Of a DNA stretch of 64,000 nt, positions 41,441-57,200 are shown piece by piece. The stretch lies in the NCBI GenBank assembly GCA_026023565.1, contig JAPETS010000015.1, positions 1-64,000 on the forward strand. The letters are read 5' to 3'. Under the pieces are notes generated by a model. That model searched no databases, was not told the DNA's origin, and saw only the letters and a program-made list of their open reading frames with translations. Source of the stretch: Cirrosporium novae-zelandiae. Its lineage: Eukaryota. The stretch's first letter is position 1; each line of letters opens with the position of its first letter. A program made the position numbers and the translations under genes.

Positions 41441-44400
41441 AGAAAAAAAAAATTAAAAAATCAAAAAACGAAACGAGATTTCGAGATTTTAATTCAATTT
41501 TTTTGATTGGCTATCCGTCTGCGGGTGGTACGCCGTAAAATAAAATAGCTCGATTTTGAAATGTATAAATATCGTTCGTCAGATTTTAGCCGAAAACTTT
41601 CTACCCTGATCGGATATAATAGGTTTCGGGACGTTTTAATTTATTATCCGTAATTTATTAGTTAAACGAGATACCTATTATTTAACAGTATAAATCGTTT
41701 TTCCAAATAATAAAATTATTATTTTAAAAAATTTGCCGGTAATAAATATTATATAATCGTATTTTTATTATAATTTAAAAAAAACGACCATAAAATCGGT
41801 AATAATTATATAATAAAAAATTGGTAGAATTAGAATTAATTATAAAGAATTATGAAATTTATATTTTTTAATTTGATTAATTCGGTACGTAGAATAAAAC
41901 GTAATATATTCCCGTAAACACGTCGCTAATTAAAAAATAAAACACGATTAAACAATTCGTGAATAATTTCGATAAAAGATTTTATACGTTTTTTTATTAT
42001 ATATCTGGACGAAAATTGTTAGAATAAAATTTTCAGAAATATAAAAATAATAATATTTATTATCCGGATTCCGGTAATATATTCATTTTTTAACGAATAA
42101 AAAAAATAGTGATATTATTTATTTATATTTTATTTTTAATTTTCGTTTATCTTTTACTTTTTATATATTTAATAATTAATTTATTATAAAAAGTTTTATT
42201 TATTTTTATTAATAAAACCGTATATAAATAATAACCCACCGCCGTATAATCCACGAAAAAAAAATCGAAAATAAAAATATTATAATCGATAGAAAAAACG
42301 AGATTCTATAAACGAAAAAAAATATTAAATATCATATTCGTTTTTTTAGATTTATACTGGATTGAAATATTGAATTATAAATTGATATACGGACGCGTAA
42401 ACGAGTTTCAAATTTAATTTATTTATAAAAAAAAAATATTAACGAAATTTATATAAAAATAAAAATAATTACGCCGTAATAAATTTAAATAATCGTTTTT
42501 AAAAAAATTTCGATTAATTTTATAAATTATTTATATAATTATTATTATTTCGAATCCGATTATTTAATAATCTTTTTTAATAAAAATAAATATTTTATTT
42601 AAAAAAAAAATAATACCAAATTTTTAAAAAAAAATTTATTATTAATAATTAAATATTTCGTATAATATATTATAACGTTTATTCCGAATTTTTTCGAAAT
42701 ATTAATATCGAAATATAACGTTTTATTTAGATCGGTATAAATAAATATTTTTATATTAATAAAATTATTTTAAAATTATCAGAAAACTTTTTTTTTCGAT
42801 TTTCGTAAATAATTTAAAACGAAAAAATTTCCGGTAAATACGTTTCGTATCGTTTTTGAATCGTGTATTTCTTAATAAAAATGTTTTTCGTTAGTAAAAC
42901 GGTTCAATAATTTAAATATAAAACAAAATATATTAATATAATTAATCGATAAAATCTAAATAAATTTTTAAATTTAAATATTATTAAAAAAATAACTTTA
43001 ATAATTGTTAATAATTTATTTTCGGAAATTATAAATTTCAAAATATTTATTTTGTAATAAAATAATTTAACGCTAAAATAATTTAAAAATAATTTAATAA
43101 AATTTAGAATTATATTTATTTCGAATAAATCGGCGAATATATTTTTAAAATATTATATATATATTTCTAAAATCTCGGAATCTACGACGAAATTGTCGAA
43201 ATAAATTTTAATATATTTTTTATATTTTTTTATTATTTTATCGATTATTCGTTAAATATAAAAAATCGAATTTTTATATTTTATAATAGTAACGTTAAAA
43301 CGTTTTTAATTTCGATAAATAATAACGACGAATTTATATTTATTTTAAAAATATATTCGTTATTAATAAAAAAAATATAATTTATTATAATAATAAAAAA
43401 ATAATTTTTAATAATAATAATAACGTCGGACTATAAAAAAATAAAATATAAATTAAATTAAATAATATTATTAAAATTTTTAATATCGATAATTACGTAT
43501 TTTTTTATAAATCGTTTTTTAAACGACGAACGGGGTAATTAAACGGAATAAATTTAATATTTTATTTTATCCGGTTTTAATTATATAATTTATCGAATAT
43601 TTCGTTAATAATTTATTTATTTTTAAATTAATTAAATAGATTTTAATTATTTTTAAAATTTATTTTTCCCAGTTTTTTATAAATAGAATACGGAACTAAT
43701 GATTTTCGGGGACGTCGACGACGTTGCCACGGTTTTTCCAAAATTTGAAAAAATTTATAACGAATTAAGCGATTTATACCGTAATAAATTTAAATATATT
43801 TATATCGCCGTAAATTATCAGCCCGTTAGAGAATTTTGTTTCACGTATACGTCCGTTTTCGTTCGTATCCGCAGAATAGATTTCTGTAGCGGAAAAAACC
43901 GAAAAATTTATTTTTATTTAATTTTATTCGTTAAGACTTTTCTATATATTTACGAAAAAACTTCTGATTTTCGTTAAAAATTTTATTTTTATATTTACGT
44001 ATTAACAGTTTTTTTGATCGTAATCGATAATAATATTTATACGTATTTTTATAGAAATAAATATTGTTTATACGGAATTATTATATATTTCGATATATAT
44101 TAAATCCGCGTTAATTAAAATAAAATAAAGATCGACCGAATAATAATTGACAATAAAATTCTGCGGATCTAAAATATCGAGACCGATAAATAATTTAATT
44201 CGGAAATTATCGACGACGTATATTTTAGTAGAAATACGAATTATTTTCCCGTTTATAATAAAAAAAAAATCCTGAACGATAAATTTCCCGTATTAATAAA
44301 GGTTTAGACCGATATTCGGGACGTTAATAAAATTAAAGATATTCCGTTCGAAATATATACGATTACCGAAAATAATCGTATAATTAATATTTATATAATA

Positions 44401-46938
44401 ATTATTATTATTAATATTAAAAAAAAAACGAATTATATATTAACGTTTAAATATTCGTTTTATTATCCGTTAATTTTTATTTCAGATTTTCTTTATTCCG
44501 CCGACGCGTTATACGCCTGAAATACGTTATACGGACGTTATTAAATTATTTATATCGATTTAAAAAATTTATCGATTTATTTTAAAAAATTATTCGGCGC
44601 GTTAATTAAAATTTATTTATCGATTAAACGGCGATATTATAAAAGATTTTATTACAATCGTCGATTTATTACGGGCGTAAACGTTATTATTGAAATAGGA
44701 AACGATTATTAATAAAATAAAAATAATTACGTTTATATTAAAACGGTCTAAATTAATATTAAATATTCGAAAAACGTACGTTATTATATAAGAAACGGCG
44801 AAAATTATGTCGTTAAAAAAAATTACAAAAATTACGTTATTACGGAATTTTTTAATCGTATTAATTAGCGTATTAATTCCGTTATCGAATAAAACGTTAA
44901 ACGAAATTACGCCAATTAATCTTTTTCATAAAAAACGTAATTAAAATTATTTAATTATTATATTAACGATTAATTTATTGATTAATTATTTAAATATAAA
45001 TTAAATATTTTTTTATATTCGGATAACGTTAGAAAGTTTATTAATTTTCGATTTATTTAATTGGTGCAAAAATTTAAACAATATATTTAATTAAAAAAAA
45101 TCCCGTTTTAATATTAATTAATATATATTTTAATAAATTAAAATATTTTTAAACGGCAGTCAGTAATATCGCGAAATAATATTTTAACGCGGAATATTAT
45201 TTTTTTAAATTATTGTTTTTTATTATAGAACTAATACGCGTCGAATTAAAAAATTTATAAATTTATTAAGATTATATTTCATTTAAAAAATAATTATTTA
45301 AATTCCGTTAAAAAATATTTTTATTTTTAATATTAGTTTTAGTTTTAAATCTAACCGTAAATATATAAATATATTGTGGTGGAGTATATCAGGATACTCA
45401 TGGATTATACTTAATTTCAAGTCATAGGAACAGCAAACAAACCAAACCATAAGATAGTTCTTATAGCCATAATAATCGTCGATAGATACGAACGTTATTT
45501 CTGTGGTAGTAATTATATAAGAATATAATAGTAGCCGGTTTTCATTCAATTAATATTTCCTAGCTAGTAAAAAAAACATAGAAAAAAATCAAAAAAGTTG
45601 AGAAAGAAAAAAAAATGATCCAGAATATATCTCTGAATTTTGGACACTCGCTTATCCTTATCTCTCTTAGAAAAAGAAACCATATTGCTTTTTAGGGAGG
45701 TTACATAGGGATAAGTGGGCATACCCACTAACTCCACCATAATATTAATAGAAAGTTTTATTATTTTTTATAATACATATTTTTATATCCCAGCTCGCGG
45801 GTATATTAAGGAAAAAATAACTAATTAAAACGGGTTTAAATAATATTTTTTTAAAAATTGAAAATACTAATTTCGGCGCCGATTTATTAAATAATAAATA
45901 TTTAAATAAATCGGATCTATTTATTTTTCGAAATTTAGCGATTATTATTTTTAACGTTTTATTATTTATTTTAACGTTGTTTATTATATTTTTTATATAT
46001 AAAGCTCAATCCGTTAACCCGATTAAAATATTTAAAATAAAAAAATATTCTCGAGATTTATAATTCGAAATTAACGAATTACCCCGATTATTAAATATAA
46101 AATTTTATTAGAAATTATATATAATAAGATTATTAGATTTAAATAATAAAAACGTATTCAAAAAAATAAAAAATATCGGCTTTAACGGCTATAATTAGGA
46201 AATTAAAATAAATCGTTGATTTTAATTAAATTATTCGATATATCGAAATAATCCGATAAATATATTATTTTAATCGATCGAATTATTAATTATTTCGTTA
46301 ATAATCGGAATCGTTAAACGGTCTAATACCGGCGATCTCTAAAAAAAAATAAAAAAAAAATATTAAAATAAAATACGGTAAATTTATATATTATTATTAA
46401 AATTTAAAATATATTTATTAAATCTAATTTAATTTTTAATTTAAAAATTTTATATTATGATTTTAATTCATTTATTTATAATTACGTTCGGATTAAAAAA
46501 GAAATTATCAGCGATTATTCTTGCGATCGATTTTAATTTATATATTTATTGAAACAGGTTTTACGTATTAATAAATTAATAAACGATTTAAATAATTTTA
46601 AAAAAAAATATAAATTATTTTATATAAAAATAATAAAAATAAATAAAAAACGCGGGAAAAAAATAAAAATTAGAATATATTTATTTTTAATGAAAATAAT
46701 TTTAGATTAATTCCTGAAAATAATAAAATTTAACAATAAAAATAAATTTTTTTATATATCGACGAAATCCAAATAATTAAAATAATTTTTAACCGAATTT
46801 AATTCTATTATTAGTAATCAGAAATATTTAAATTATAAAATATTTAAAATTCTGATTTAGATTAGAATAAAAACTCACTTTATAAAATAAACCTAAAATC
46901 TATACCCTAATAATCTAATCTAATAGGGAACCGTAACA
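41441..46938 (-). mobile_element. Gypsy LTR retrotransposon (family D), 3'-truncated within the integrase
   Basis: The LTR start TGTTACGG is at 46938 and the LTR may end at ~46453. Motifs: protease relic 'YININYTIIFGNR' (C.DTGC) ~44370-44400; 'ETKFSNGLIIYG...FWKNRGNVVDVPENH*...IFDKLYN*NR' 43570-43850; RT 'KFVVIIYRN*KRFNVTIIKYKNS...YFDNFVV' 43185-43340; integrase 'TAYHPQTDSQSKKLN*NLEIS' 41475-41540. Confidence 0.9.
45375..45741 (-). repeat. solo LTR, family A, with 4-bp TSD ATAT, inserted in family D
   Basis: Ends are TGTGGTGGAGT and ACTCCACCATA, with ATAT on both sides. It is among the least mutated copies. Confidence 0.94.
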
Positions 46939-47520
46939 AATACCGAAAATATTAATAATATCCGTACCGCAAATGAATAGCGATATATCAGAATTTAAAA
47001 TAAAGATATTATAATATAATTATTATAAAAAATACGATATAATAATTATAATATTATAATATAATTATTATAAAAAATACGATATAATAATTATAATATT
47101 ATAATATAATTATTATAAAAAATACGATATAATAATTATAATTTTAAAATTAATTATATAAATCGAAATAAATATAATATTATTATAAACATCTAATTAA
47201 AAATTAAAAAAAAATATTATATTTAAAATAAAATATTTATTAGCCCGAATTAAAAATTTAAATAAAAAATAAAAGTATAAAAACGATTATTATTATACGT
47301 AAAAATCGAAAAATATTATATTTAAAATAATCGTAAAAATCGATTTAATTAATTGTTTTTAGTTCGTAATATTAAATATCAATATAATAAACGCAGACGG
47401 AAAAATAAAAAATCTAATTAAAATAATAAATATTTACGATTAAAAAATTAAAAAAACGTATATTTTTAAAAATAAAATAAAACTAATAATAAAAATTTAA
47501 AAAAATTTTACAAAATATAA
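46939..47520 (+). mobile_element. LINE family B endonuclease-region fragment (target of family D)
   Basis: Matches 47744-48220 and the reverse complement of 33310-33800. Confidence 0.82.
47006..47140. repeat. perfect tandem triplication of a 45-bp unit
   Basis: ATATTATAATATAATTATTATAAAAAATACGATATAATAATTATA occurs three times. Other LINE copies have one unit (~47802-47846). Confidence 0.93.
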
Positions 47521-50500
47521 AGCCTCTATATAATTACGGACGGAAAATATCTAATAACCTAAAAAATAAAGGCAGAATATATGAAAAGAAAACGCCGAAA
47601 AAACGTTATATAATTATTTTATATATTAACTTTTTTAAAAAAAAAATAAATTTATAAAATTCTAATTAAAAATCAAAAATCCCGGACTTAAAAATATAAA
47701 AAAAAATAGGAACAAAAACGTAAATAATATTCGAAATATCGATAATACCGGTAATATCCGTATCGTAAATAAATAACGATATATCCGAATTATAAATAAA
47801 AATATTATAATATAATTATTATAAGAAATACGATATAATAATTATAATTTTAAAATCGATTATATAAACTGGAACGAATATAATATTATTATAAAAATTT
47901 AATTAAAAATTAAAAAAGAAAATATTATATCCGGCGTAGAATTTTTATTAGCCCGAATTAAGGATTTAAATAAAAAATAAAGTCGTAAAAACGGTTATTA
48001 TTATACGCAGAATTCAAAAAAATATTATTTTTAGAATAAGCGCAAAAACCGATTTAATTAATTATTTTTATTTTATAACGCTGGATATTAATCTAATAAA
48101 CGTACACGGAAAAATAAAAAACCCGATTAAAATAATTAACGTTTATCATTAAAAATTAAAAGATATATATTTTTAAAAATAAAACCGATAATAAAAATAT
48201 AAAAAAATTTTATAAAATATAAAATAAAAATTTATTTTTAAATAAAAATAAAATAATATTAATTAAAGATTTTAATATTTATAATTTAATATAAAAACCC
48301 GAATAAATTATTTATATAAACGATACGTTTTTAATAATATTTATAAAAAAATAGGGTTTAATTATATAAAATAACGCCGTCCAAAATATTTAATTCGGAA
48401 AAAAATCGGTTCGTTATTTAATAATCGATTTAATAATAATTAATCCCGTAATAAAATCGTTTTAAAAATAATTTACAAACGTAGTAATCGATAAAATAAA
48501 TAATAAATCAAAAATTGATTCAAATTATATTTTTATTTAATTCAAATAAAAAAATCAACGTTTAAAAATAAATTAGCTAATCCCGAATTCGTAAAATTTA
48601 AAATCGCTGAAAAATCCCTAATAATAAATTAAAACGACATAAAAATAAATATTTTAATTAATTACGAAAAATATATTAATCGTAAATTATACGGAACGTA
48701 ATTAAAAAACGAAATATAAAACATTATTATTTAATTAAAAATTATTTTAAATAAATACGTAAAATTTAAATAAATATACGTTTAATTAAATATTTAATAA
48801 AATTCTGAATATATTATTAAAAAATACGAATATTATATAACGTTTGAAAAAACGAAATAAAAAAGCCGAATTTATAAGAAAATTAAAATAGTATTCAAAA
48901 AATTTATAAAATTAATTAAAATTAAAAAAAAAAAAATAAACTGATTTTTTCTAAATATATATAAAAAAAAACGATTTAAATAAATTTTTAAACGCCGAAA
49001 ATAGTTAATAAAAATAAGAAATATTAAAATATTATAAATTCTAAAACCGAAATCTAACGCCGGTATTTTATATAAAAAACGGAAAAATAACGGTAAAAAT
49101 TAAAAATAAAAAGTTTTTATATAAAAATAAATTTTCCCGTTATTTTTAAAAAACCCCGAATATCAGTTTCCGATAAAAAAATATTCGTTTAACAATTATC
49201 CGAAAAAATAATACAAAAAACGTTATATATATAAAATACGAATAAAATTTTAAAATACGACGGAATCTAATTTAAAACGTTCCGTATATTATAATAATAA
49301 AATTTTAATAAAATAATAAAAATTATCTAATATTATATCTAATTAAAATATTACCCAACGTAATAAAAATATATCCGGGAAATATTATTATTTAAATTTG
49401 AACGAATTTATAAAATATTAATGAAAAATTATAAAATAATAAATTTATTATATTATTTAAATAAAATAAACGAAAAAATTATAACGGACGGGCTAACGAA
49501 TATATACGAAAATTTAAATAAAATATATAAAAATTAATTTAGATTAAAATAGAATCGAAACGTAATCGATATATTTACGTATTTAATATATTAAATAAAA
49601 AAAAAATTTAATCGAAAATAAATAATTTATATTTTATTTATAAACGTTAAAAAAAGGTTTAATTATATATTATAATTTAAATTAATATAACGTTTAAAAT
49701 AATTAAAAATCGATAAAAATATTATTAAATAAATAATTAATTTTATAATTTAACGAAATATCGAATTAATAATCGACGGAGAAATATAATCCCGAATTAA
49801 TATAAAAACGGGGATACTGTAAAAATCATTTATATCTTTAATATTATTTCTAATATATTATAACGGGTTATTCGTAACCGTAAAATAGGCAGTTCCTAAA
49901 ATTAAACTTCTATTATTCGGGGACGACGTAAATTTCTCGATAATCTATATAAATAATAAATAAACCCGGAAAATTATCTAATAAATAGCGAAAACGGCGA
50001 TTTAAGGAAAAAAAAAATAAACTAAAATTCAATATTTAAATAACTAAAATTATAATTTTTTTGAGATTACGTAAATATTAAATTTAAATAAATATTAAAT
50101 CGAAAATTAAAATTCATAATTACCCGATTAAATATAAAAAAAATTACGTACAATAATTAAACGTATAATTAAACCCGAAATTCAATTTTTAAATCTATTA
50201 CGCCTAACGTTTAATTAAAATTCAACCCGTGAAAAAAATAATTAAATATATATATTACTAAAATAAATTATTTACGGAATTTACACGTTAAATAATCGTG
50301 GCGATTATAATATTAATTTATATATATAAATATAAAATCTAATACAAAAAATAAATTAATTATTAAATAGAATTTTAAAAATTATTGAATAAATTTATTA
50401 AATTAATAATAAAAATTTATAAAATAATTTTAATAATAATGATTATATAAAAGATTTATATATATCGCGTAAACGTAATATTAAATACCACATAAAAAAA

Positions 50501-51268
50501 ATATAGATTTCGGTATTTTTAAAAAACCGAAAAAAATTTAACGAATCTAATATTATCCATAACGTTTAAAATAAAAAATATAAATATTTAATTAAAAAAA
50601 TAATCGCTAAAATTTTTTTAATAGATTTAAAAAATTAAAAAAAATATATTAAATTAATATTTAATTATAACGATAATTTAAAAAATAATAAATTCAAATT
50701 TTAAAATATAAAAAAATTTAAATAATCGAAAAAAATAGATTTTTAAAAAAAATAATAATATTTTTAAAATAATAGATTTTCAGCGAAACGTTAATATAAA
50801 ATTGGAAAAACGTATATTAATCGGACGGATTTAAATTAAAAAACCGTAAAATAAAAATAATTTAAAAAATAATCGAAAAATTTTTATAAACGATACAGAA
50901 ATATTATTTAAATTAAAATAAAAAAATATTCGATATAAAAATTTAAAGAACGTAAACGGTTTTAAAAATAACGATTAAAATATATTTAAACAATTATAAA
51001 ACCCCTAAAAAAAAAATAATATTATTTGATTCGTAAACGGCTATTAAACGGATCGAAAAAAAAAATTAAAAAAAAATTAAACGATCGTATAAAAAATATA
51101 CGAATATATTAAATATTTAAGAAATCAAAAAACGAAAATCGCTATTAAATAAATTCTAAAATATTATAAAATATTAAAAAACGAAATAATAAATTAAATA
51201 ATTAAAATAAATATAACGTTAAAAAATAATAAAATAACGAAATAAATTTCGTTAATTTATATAATTTC
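47521..51268 (+). mobile_element. LINE family B internal fragment (end of ORF1, APE, RT, RNase H)
   Basis: Reverse complement of ~30405-34017. A GDFN.H relic 'KDFNIYN' is at ~48265 and 'FGDDVNF' at ~49915. Confidence 0.88.
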
Positions 51269-54200
51269 TAATATAATAAAAAAAAAAATAGAAAAATTAA
51301 AAAAATTAATAAAAAAAAATTTTTAATTAGTGAATTATTCTAAATATAAAAAAAATAATTGTAAAAAACGTTTTAATATTATATTATTAAGGAATATATC
51401 GGCAATATATACGTTATAATAAAAAATTATTAGAAATATTTTATATTAAAAACAATAAAAAAACGTTTTTCGGGTTTCAAGGATAGAAATATTATTTACC
51501 GAGCCGTTATTTAACGTAATTAAAATATATAATAAATTATAAAATTACCGAACAACAATTTTATTATTTAAAAATCATATAAAATTTAGAAAACAAAAAT
51601 CTATAAGTTATATTATATATATAGATACTATCTATTTTAAAATAAAAAAATATAAAAAAAAAAAGATCAATAAAAAATAAATAAATAATCTTTTTGTCTT
51701 AAAAATAAATCCGAAAAATCTAATTAATAACAAACTGTATTTATTAATAAATTTCGACCGAAATAAATATTACTAAATAATTAGATTGACGATTAATAAA
51801 TAAATAAATTAATTAAAAAAATAAAAGAATTACGTATTATTAATAATATTAAAATAGATATAATTAAAATATTTAATTAAAAATTATAAATATTAAAAAA
51901 TAAATTTTTTTTTATTAATTTTAATCTAAATACGTTTAAATATTAATTTCAAAATAGAATCGTATATTATTTCTATAATAATAAAAATTATAGATCGATT
52001 ATCTATTTTATTGAAAACGAATTACTGAACGAAAAACTATTTAAATATAATAAATCTCGTATATATATAAATTCTAATAACAACCTAATATAATTACAAC
52101 GGAAATACGGAAATTCTAAAATTATTTTTATATATAATTACTTTCAATAATTAAAAACCAATTTAAAAAAAATCTATATATTAAAAATATAAAATAATTA
52201 TATTCAAAATCGAAATAATCCCGATATATAATCGAACAAAAATAATTTATTTTAAATTAATACGGTAATTATTTATAAAGATATCAATATTAACGATAAA
52301 AATATATTTCGAACGATAAAAATATTAACGGCGAAAATAGTTACGAATAAAAAAAAATATATTTAAAAAAAAAAAAAAAAAATTAAAAATATATTCAAAA
52401 AATTTTTTACAAAAATAAAAAAATAAAAAAATAAAAAAATAATTAAATATTCCGAATTCGAAAAAAATTTTATATTAAACGACGAAAACGTGATTATAGC
52501 CGATAACGAATCTAATAATAAAAAAAATATAAAACCAGATTTATAATAGACTTTTAAACCAAATTTTTACGATATTTTTTTATATAATACCAAATCTAAA
52601 CAGACCAAAAATTAAATAATATTATTTAAATTGGAAAATATATATACAAAAATTATATAGGACTCGATTATTAATAAAAAAAAAAATATTATCTATTAAA
52701 TTAAATATATTGGTACGAATTTCGTGATTATTTTTAAAAACTATAATTGAATATTATATTAAAATAAAAAAAACAAAAAAAATATTAAAAAAAAAAAAAT
52801 TTATAAATAAAATTAAATAGAAATTGGGAATCGAAAAAAAAAATATTTATTAAACGAATTATTATATTTTATTAAAAATTCGGAAAATTATTTAAAATCA
52901 ATATTAAATCAAATAAAAAATATTATATCAAAAATATTTTAATTAATATTGGAACGGAAATAAATCTAATAAATTATAATTTAATTAAATTCTTTAAAAT
53001 ATTATTCGATAATACAGAATTTTTAAAATTAAATTTATAAATAAAATATTAGAATATATTATTAAAATATTATAGATTTAATATCGAAATTAAAAAAATA
53101 AAAAAAAATTTAATTATTTTTATTATCGAAATTGATATTACTAATTTTATATTAAAAATATTATTTATTTATTATCTTAAAACGATAATTAAAATATAGA
53201 AGAACGATATTTATTAGATCTAATTAATAGATTTTAATAGAATAGAAATCTTCGTACCGGCTATTAAATTTATAAAATTATAGAATTAAAAAATCTATAT
53301 ATTAGATCGGATAATTTAGAATCGGAAAACGAAGATTTAAAAAATTAATCGGATTAATAATTAAAAATTATTCCGATACGAATATAAAGATTTTAATAAT
53401 AAAATATTTTATTTAACAGCGACGAATATTTAACCGACAATTTTCGAGATTAATATTACGAAGAAAATATAATATATTGTAAATAATATAATAATAAAAA
53501 AAAATAATAAAAAATTATAAAAAATTAAAAAATTAAAAAAATAAAATTTTTTTGATAATCCGGGGTTATTAAAATATTCACATTTTTTTACGATATATAA
53601 TAGAAAACCGTTTCGGCTATTAAATATAGAAAATTATTCTGAATCGAATAATAATATGCCCGAAAATATATAATCAAAATTCAGCGATATAACAATGATT
53701 TTGTATTTTAAAATAAAAAAAAAGTTTTTAAATTAAATAAAAAAATTCTAATAATATTATTAATAAATTATAACGTCGATATTTATAAAATTTTCGTATA
53801 AAAGAATCTACTAATATAAACGGTATATAAAAAAAAAGGGAGAAAATTAAATTTATCGATTTGGATAAATCGGATAGAATTATTCCAAAAAAAATATAAA
53901 ATAGAAAAAAACCAAAATAACTAACGAAATTTCGAAAAAATTTAATAAATTAAAAGAATTTTACGATTATTAATTAATATTTAAAATTTTAATTATATTA
54001 AAAAAATCGCGATTTATTAATAAACGAAAAAATAAATTTATTATCGGAAATTAATTAACGATTCAAGACTTAAATATTTTTTATAAAATATTATATAATA
54101 AAAAAATAAATTTTAATATAAAATTATAATAAAATTAGAAAATTCGATATTAATATTATATTATTATAGGAAATTCGGATAATATTATATAAAATATAAT

Positions 54201-57200
54201 AAATAAAAAATTTTTTTATATCTAACATTTTGAATCAAAAAATAATACGTATAATAAAAAAAATTTAATACAGATTTATTAAAAAAATATTACGGATTAT
54301 ATAGAAATCTATAGTTTCTAATAAAAAAAAAAAATAAATACCGATTTATTAATATTATAATTAAAATTAACGAAATTATAATTCGAAACGTAAATCTAGT
54401 ATTTATAATAAATAAATTTTTAAAAAAATTCGTTGGAATAATTATATCGATCCTAATAAATCTATTTTTTAAATACAAATAATTGATTTTAATATTATAC
54501 TGCACGGATTTTACGGCGTTTCAAATATTTTTTAGATTAATTAAACAAATTATGATACCGTAAAAAATAATTAATAATATAATTTAATATAAAAAAAATA
54601 TAATAGAAATATAGAAAGATTATCCGGAATAAATCAAAATTTTTATTAACGATATTATAATCAAAAAATATAAAACTAAATATAATAATTAAAAAATTGT
54701 ATTAAAAATTAGAAAATACGTATTAAAATAAATTATTTTAAATAATAAAATATTTACCGATCTAAAAAAAGCTGGAAATATAATATTAGAAATAAAAACG
54801 TAATAATTAATATTAGAATTAAATATAATAGGATTTATTATTAACGCAGAAAAACGATATCCGCAAACAGTAAAAATTATAAAAATTATAAACTAATTTT
54901 TATATATATTTATTAAAGGTTTTGTTATTATAACGAAATCTATATACTAAATATTAACAAGAAATATCGAATTTAAATAAAAACCGGAATAACAAAAAAC
55001 GATAGATTAATTAAATATTTTTTTAATAAATTTATTAATATTAATTAAATTAAATTATATTAATAATAAATAAATTATATTATCGATCGATGCCAGTAAT
55101 ACCGGATAAAAAATAGTATTAATATAAAAAAACGAAAATAAGAAACGATATTTAATAAAATATAAAAATAATATATAAAATAATAGCGGAATCAAATATA
55201 ATATAATAATAAAAAAATATAGAATAATATTTAAAATACTTAAAAAAAAACGGTATTAATTATATAATATAAAATTTTTATTAAAAACCGATTCGAAAAT
55301 CTTAATTATATAATTTAATAAAATAATATTAGATCTACTAAATTTATTAATGATTAGATAGATTATATAAACACGATTTTTCGATTTCGATATTATATAT
55401 ATAAAAAATAAAAAAAATATTATAAAAAATATATTATTATAAAAACCGATTACTAAAAAAAATAAATAAAAAAAAAAAATCGATATAAATAATTTTAATA
55501 AATAAATAAAAAAAAATATTAAATAAAATAATAATTATCAATATCATTGATTTTATATAAACCGATATATTTTATAAATATAAAATCTCGATAAATCTAA
55601 TATTCGATAATAAAAAAAAATATAAAAATAATAATAAAATAATTAAATAAATATTATTTTATAATCAAACGACGAAATATATTAATATATTATTTATAAT
55701 CGAATAAAATAATCGAACGAGATTATTAATTTATAATAAATAAATTAATTAAATTAAATTTTATAAAAAAAAAAAATATAAAATTTATTTAGAATATTAT
55801 AAATAAATAAAATGACGATAAAAAGATTTATTAAATATATTTTATTTTATATTAAAATTACCGACCAAATTTTATTACTTATAAATTTCGATATTCTAAT
55901 ATAGTTTATATTATTTTAGAACGAAATAATTAATATAATAAATTTATTAATAATATATACTAAATAATAATAACGATAAAAAAGAAATATCGATAAAACC
56001 CGATAATATTTAAAAAAAATACCGTATAAAAAATAAAAAAAAGTTTTGATATTAAATATTTATTATATATATTATTTTTATAAATAAAAAATCCAGTATT
56101 AATATATAAATTATATACAAAATTCAATAAATCTATAAATATTAAATTCAGAGAAAAATAAATTGGATTATATAAAATAATCGAAATAAAAAATTCCGGT
56201 TATTATACATTGGAAAAATTAAATAAAATATTAATATATAGAATTTACGTAAAAAATAAAATAAAAATATTTATTTAACGATATAAAAATTTCGAATATA
56301 AAAATTAATAAAATAAAAATTAATAGAAAAAATATTAAAATAATAAATATAATAATAAATCAAACGACGATTCAAAAATATAATTTGAAAAAAATATAAT
56401 TATAATTAAATATATAATCTAATTCGAATCAATAATAAAATATAAATTTATAAATTAAAAAACGATTATTTCTGAAAAAAAAAAAAGTTTAATCTACGTA
56501 TTAAAATATATATCCTAGAACGCGCCGGGGATACGGAATATAAAAAATTTATTTAATATAAAAAATTATTAATACGGCTGGGGAACTAGAGATTTTGTCG
56601 AAATTTATTTTGAAAAATTTATTCTAGAATTCAATACGAAAGATTATTTTTCTAAATTCATTTTGAAAGTCATTTTTATATACCGATTTAGAGGTATAAA
56701 TATATTATATATTTTTTCCAAAATTTTTATTTTTTAATAAATATTTATTTTTTATAAATTTTATTATAATTATTATATTTATAATTATTATAATATAACG
56801 TTATTAAAAAAAATTAATAAATTTTAATAGTAATTTTAAAAAATATTTCAAAAAATAATCGATAAATTAAAAAAAACTCAATTTTAAAAATTTTAAAAAT
56901 TATATTTTAAAAACTATATTTTAGAAAACCGATTTTTTTATCGAATAAATATTTATTATAGCAGCCAATTATTTCGCCGAAAGATTTAAATCGATATAAC
57001 GAAAAATACGGAAATAAAAATATTTAATTAAAAAAATGTCGATATAATTAACGAAATATAAAAAAGTATTTATAAAAATAAAATTAATAATTTTTAATTT
57101 AAAACTATTTTTGAATAAATTTGCCGTTAAAAAAAAACTAAAAAAATTATAAAAATTATTTAATAAAAATTCAAACTATATAAATAATTAAATAAAAAAA

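Noticed and set aside
41584..41597. TTTTAGCCGAAAAC matching the inner part of the pogo TIR
   Set aside because: It is an isolated 14-bp match inside the family-D integrase region, with no outer TIR, partner or TA TSD, so it is probably chance.
41441..46938. Unique host gene or Starship/Helitron cargo (the segment is single-copy in the window)
   Set aside because: Minus-strand translation shows Gypsy protease, RT and integrase motifs and an LTR-type TGTTACGG end. I recognised no tyrosine recombinase or Rep/helicase motifs.
47006..47140. CRISPR-like array
   Set aside because: These are head-to-tail identical units with no spacers, in a eukaryotic TE context with no cas genes.
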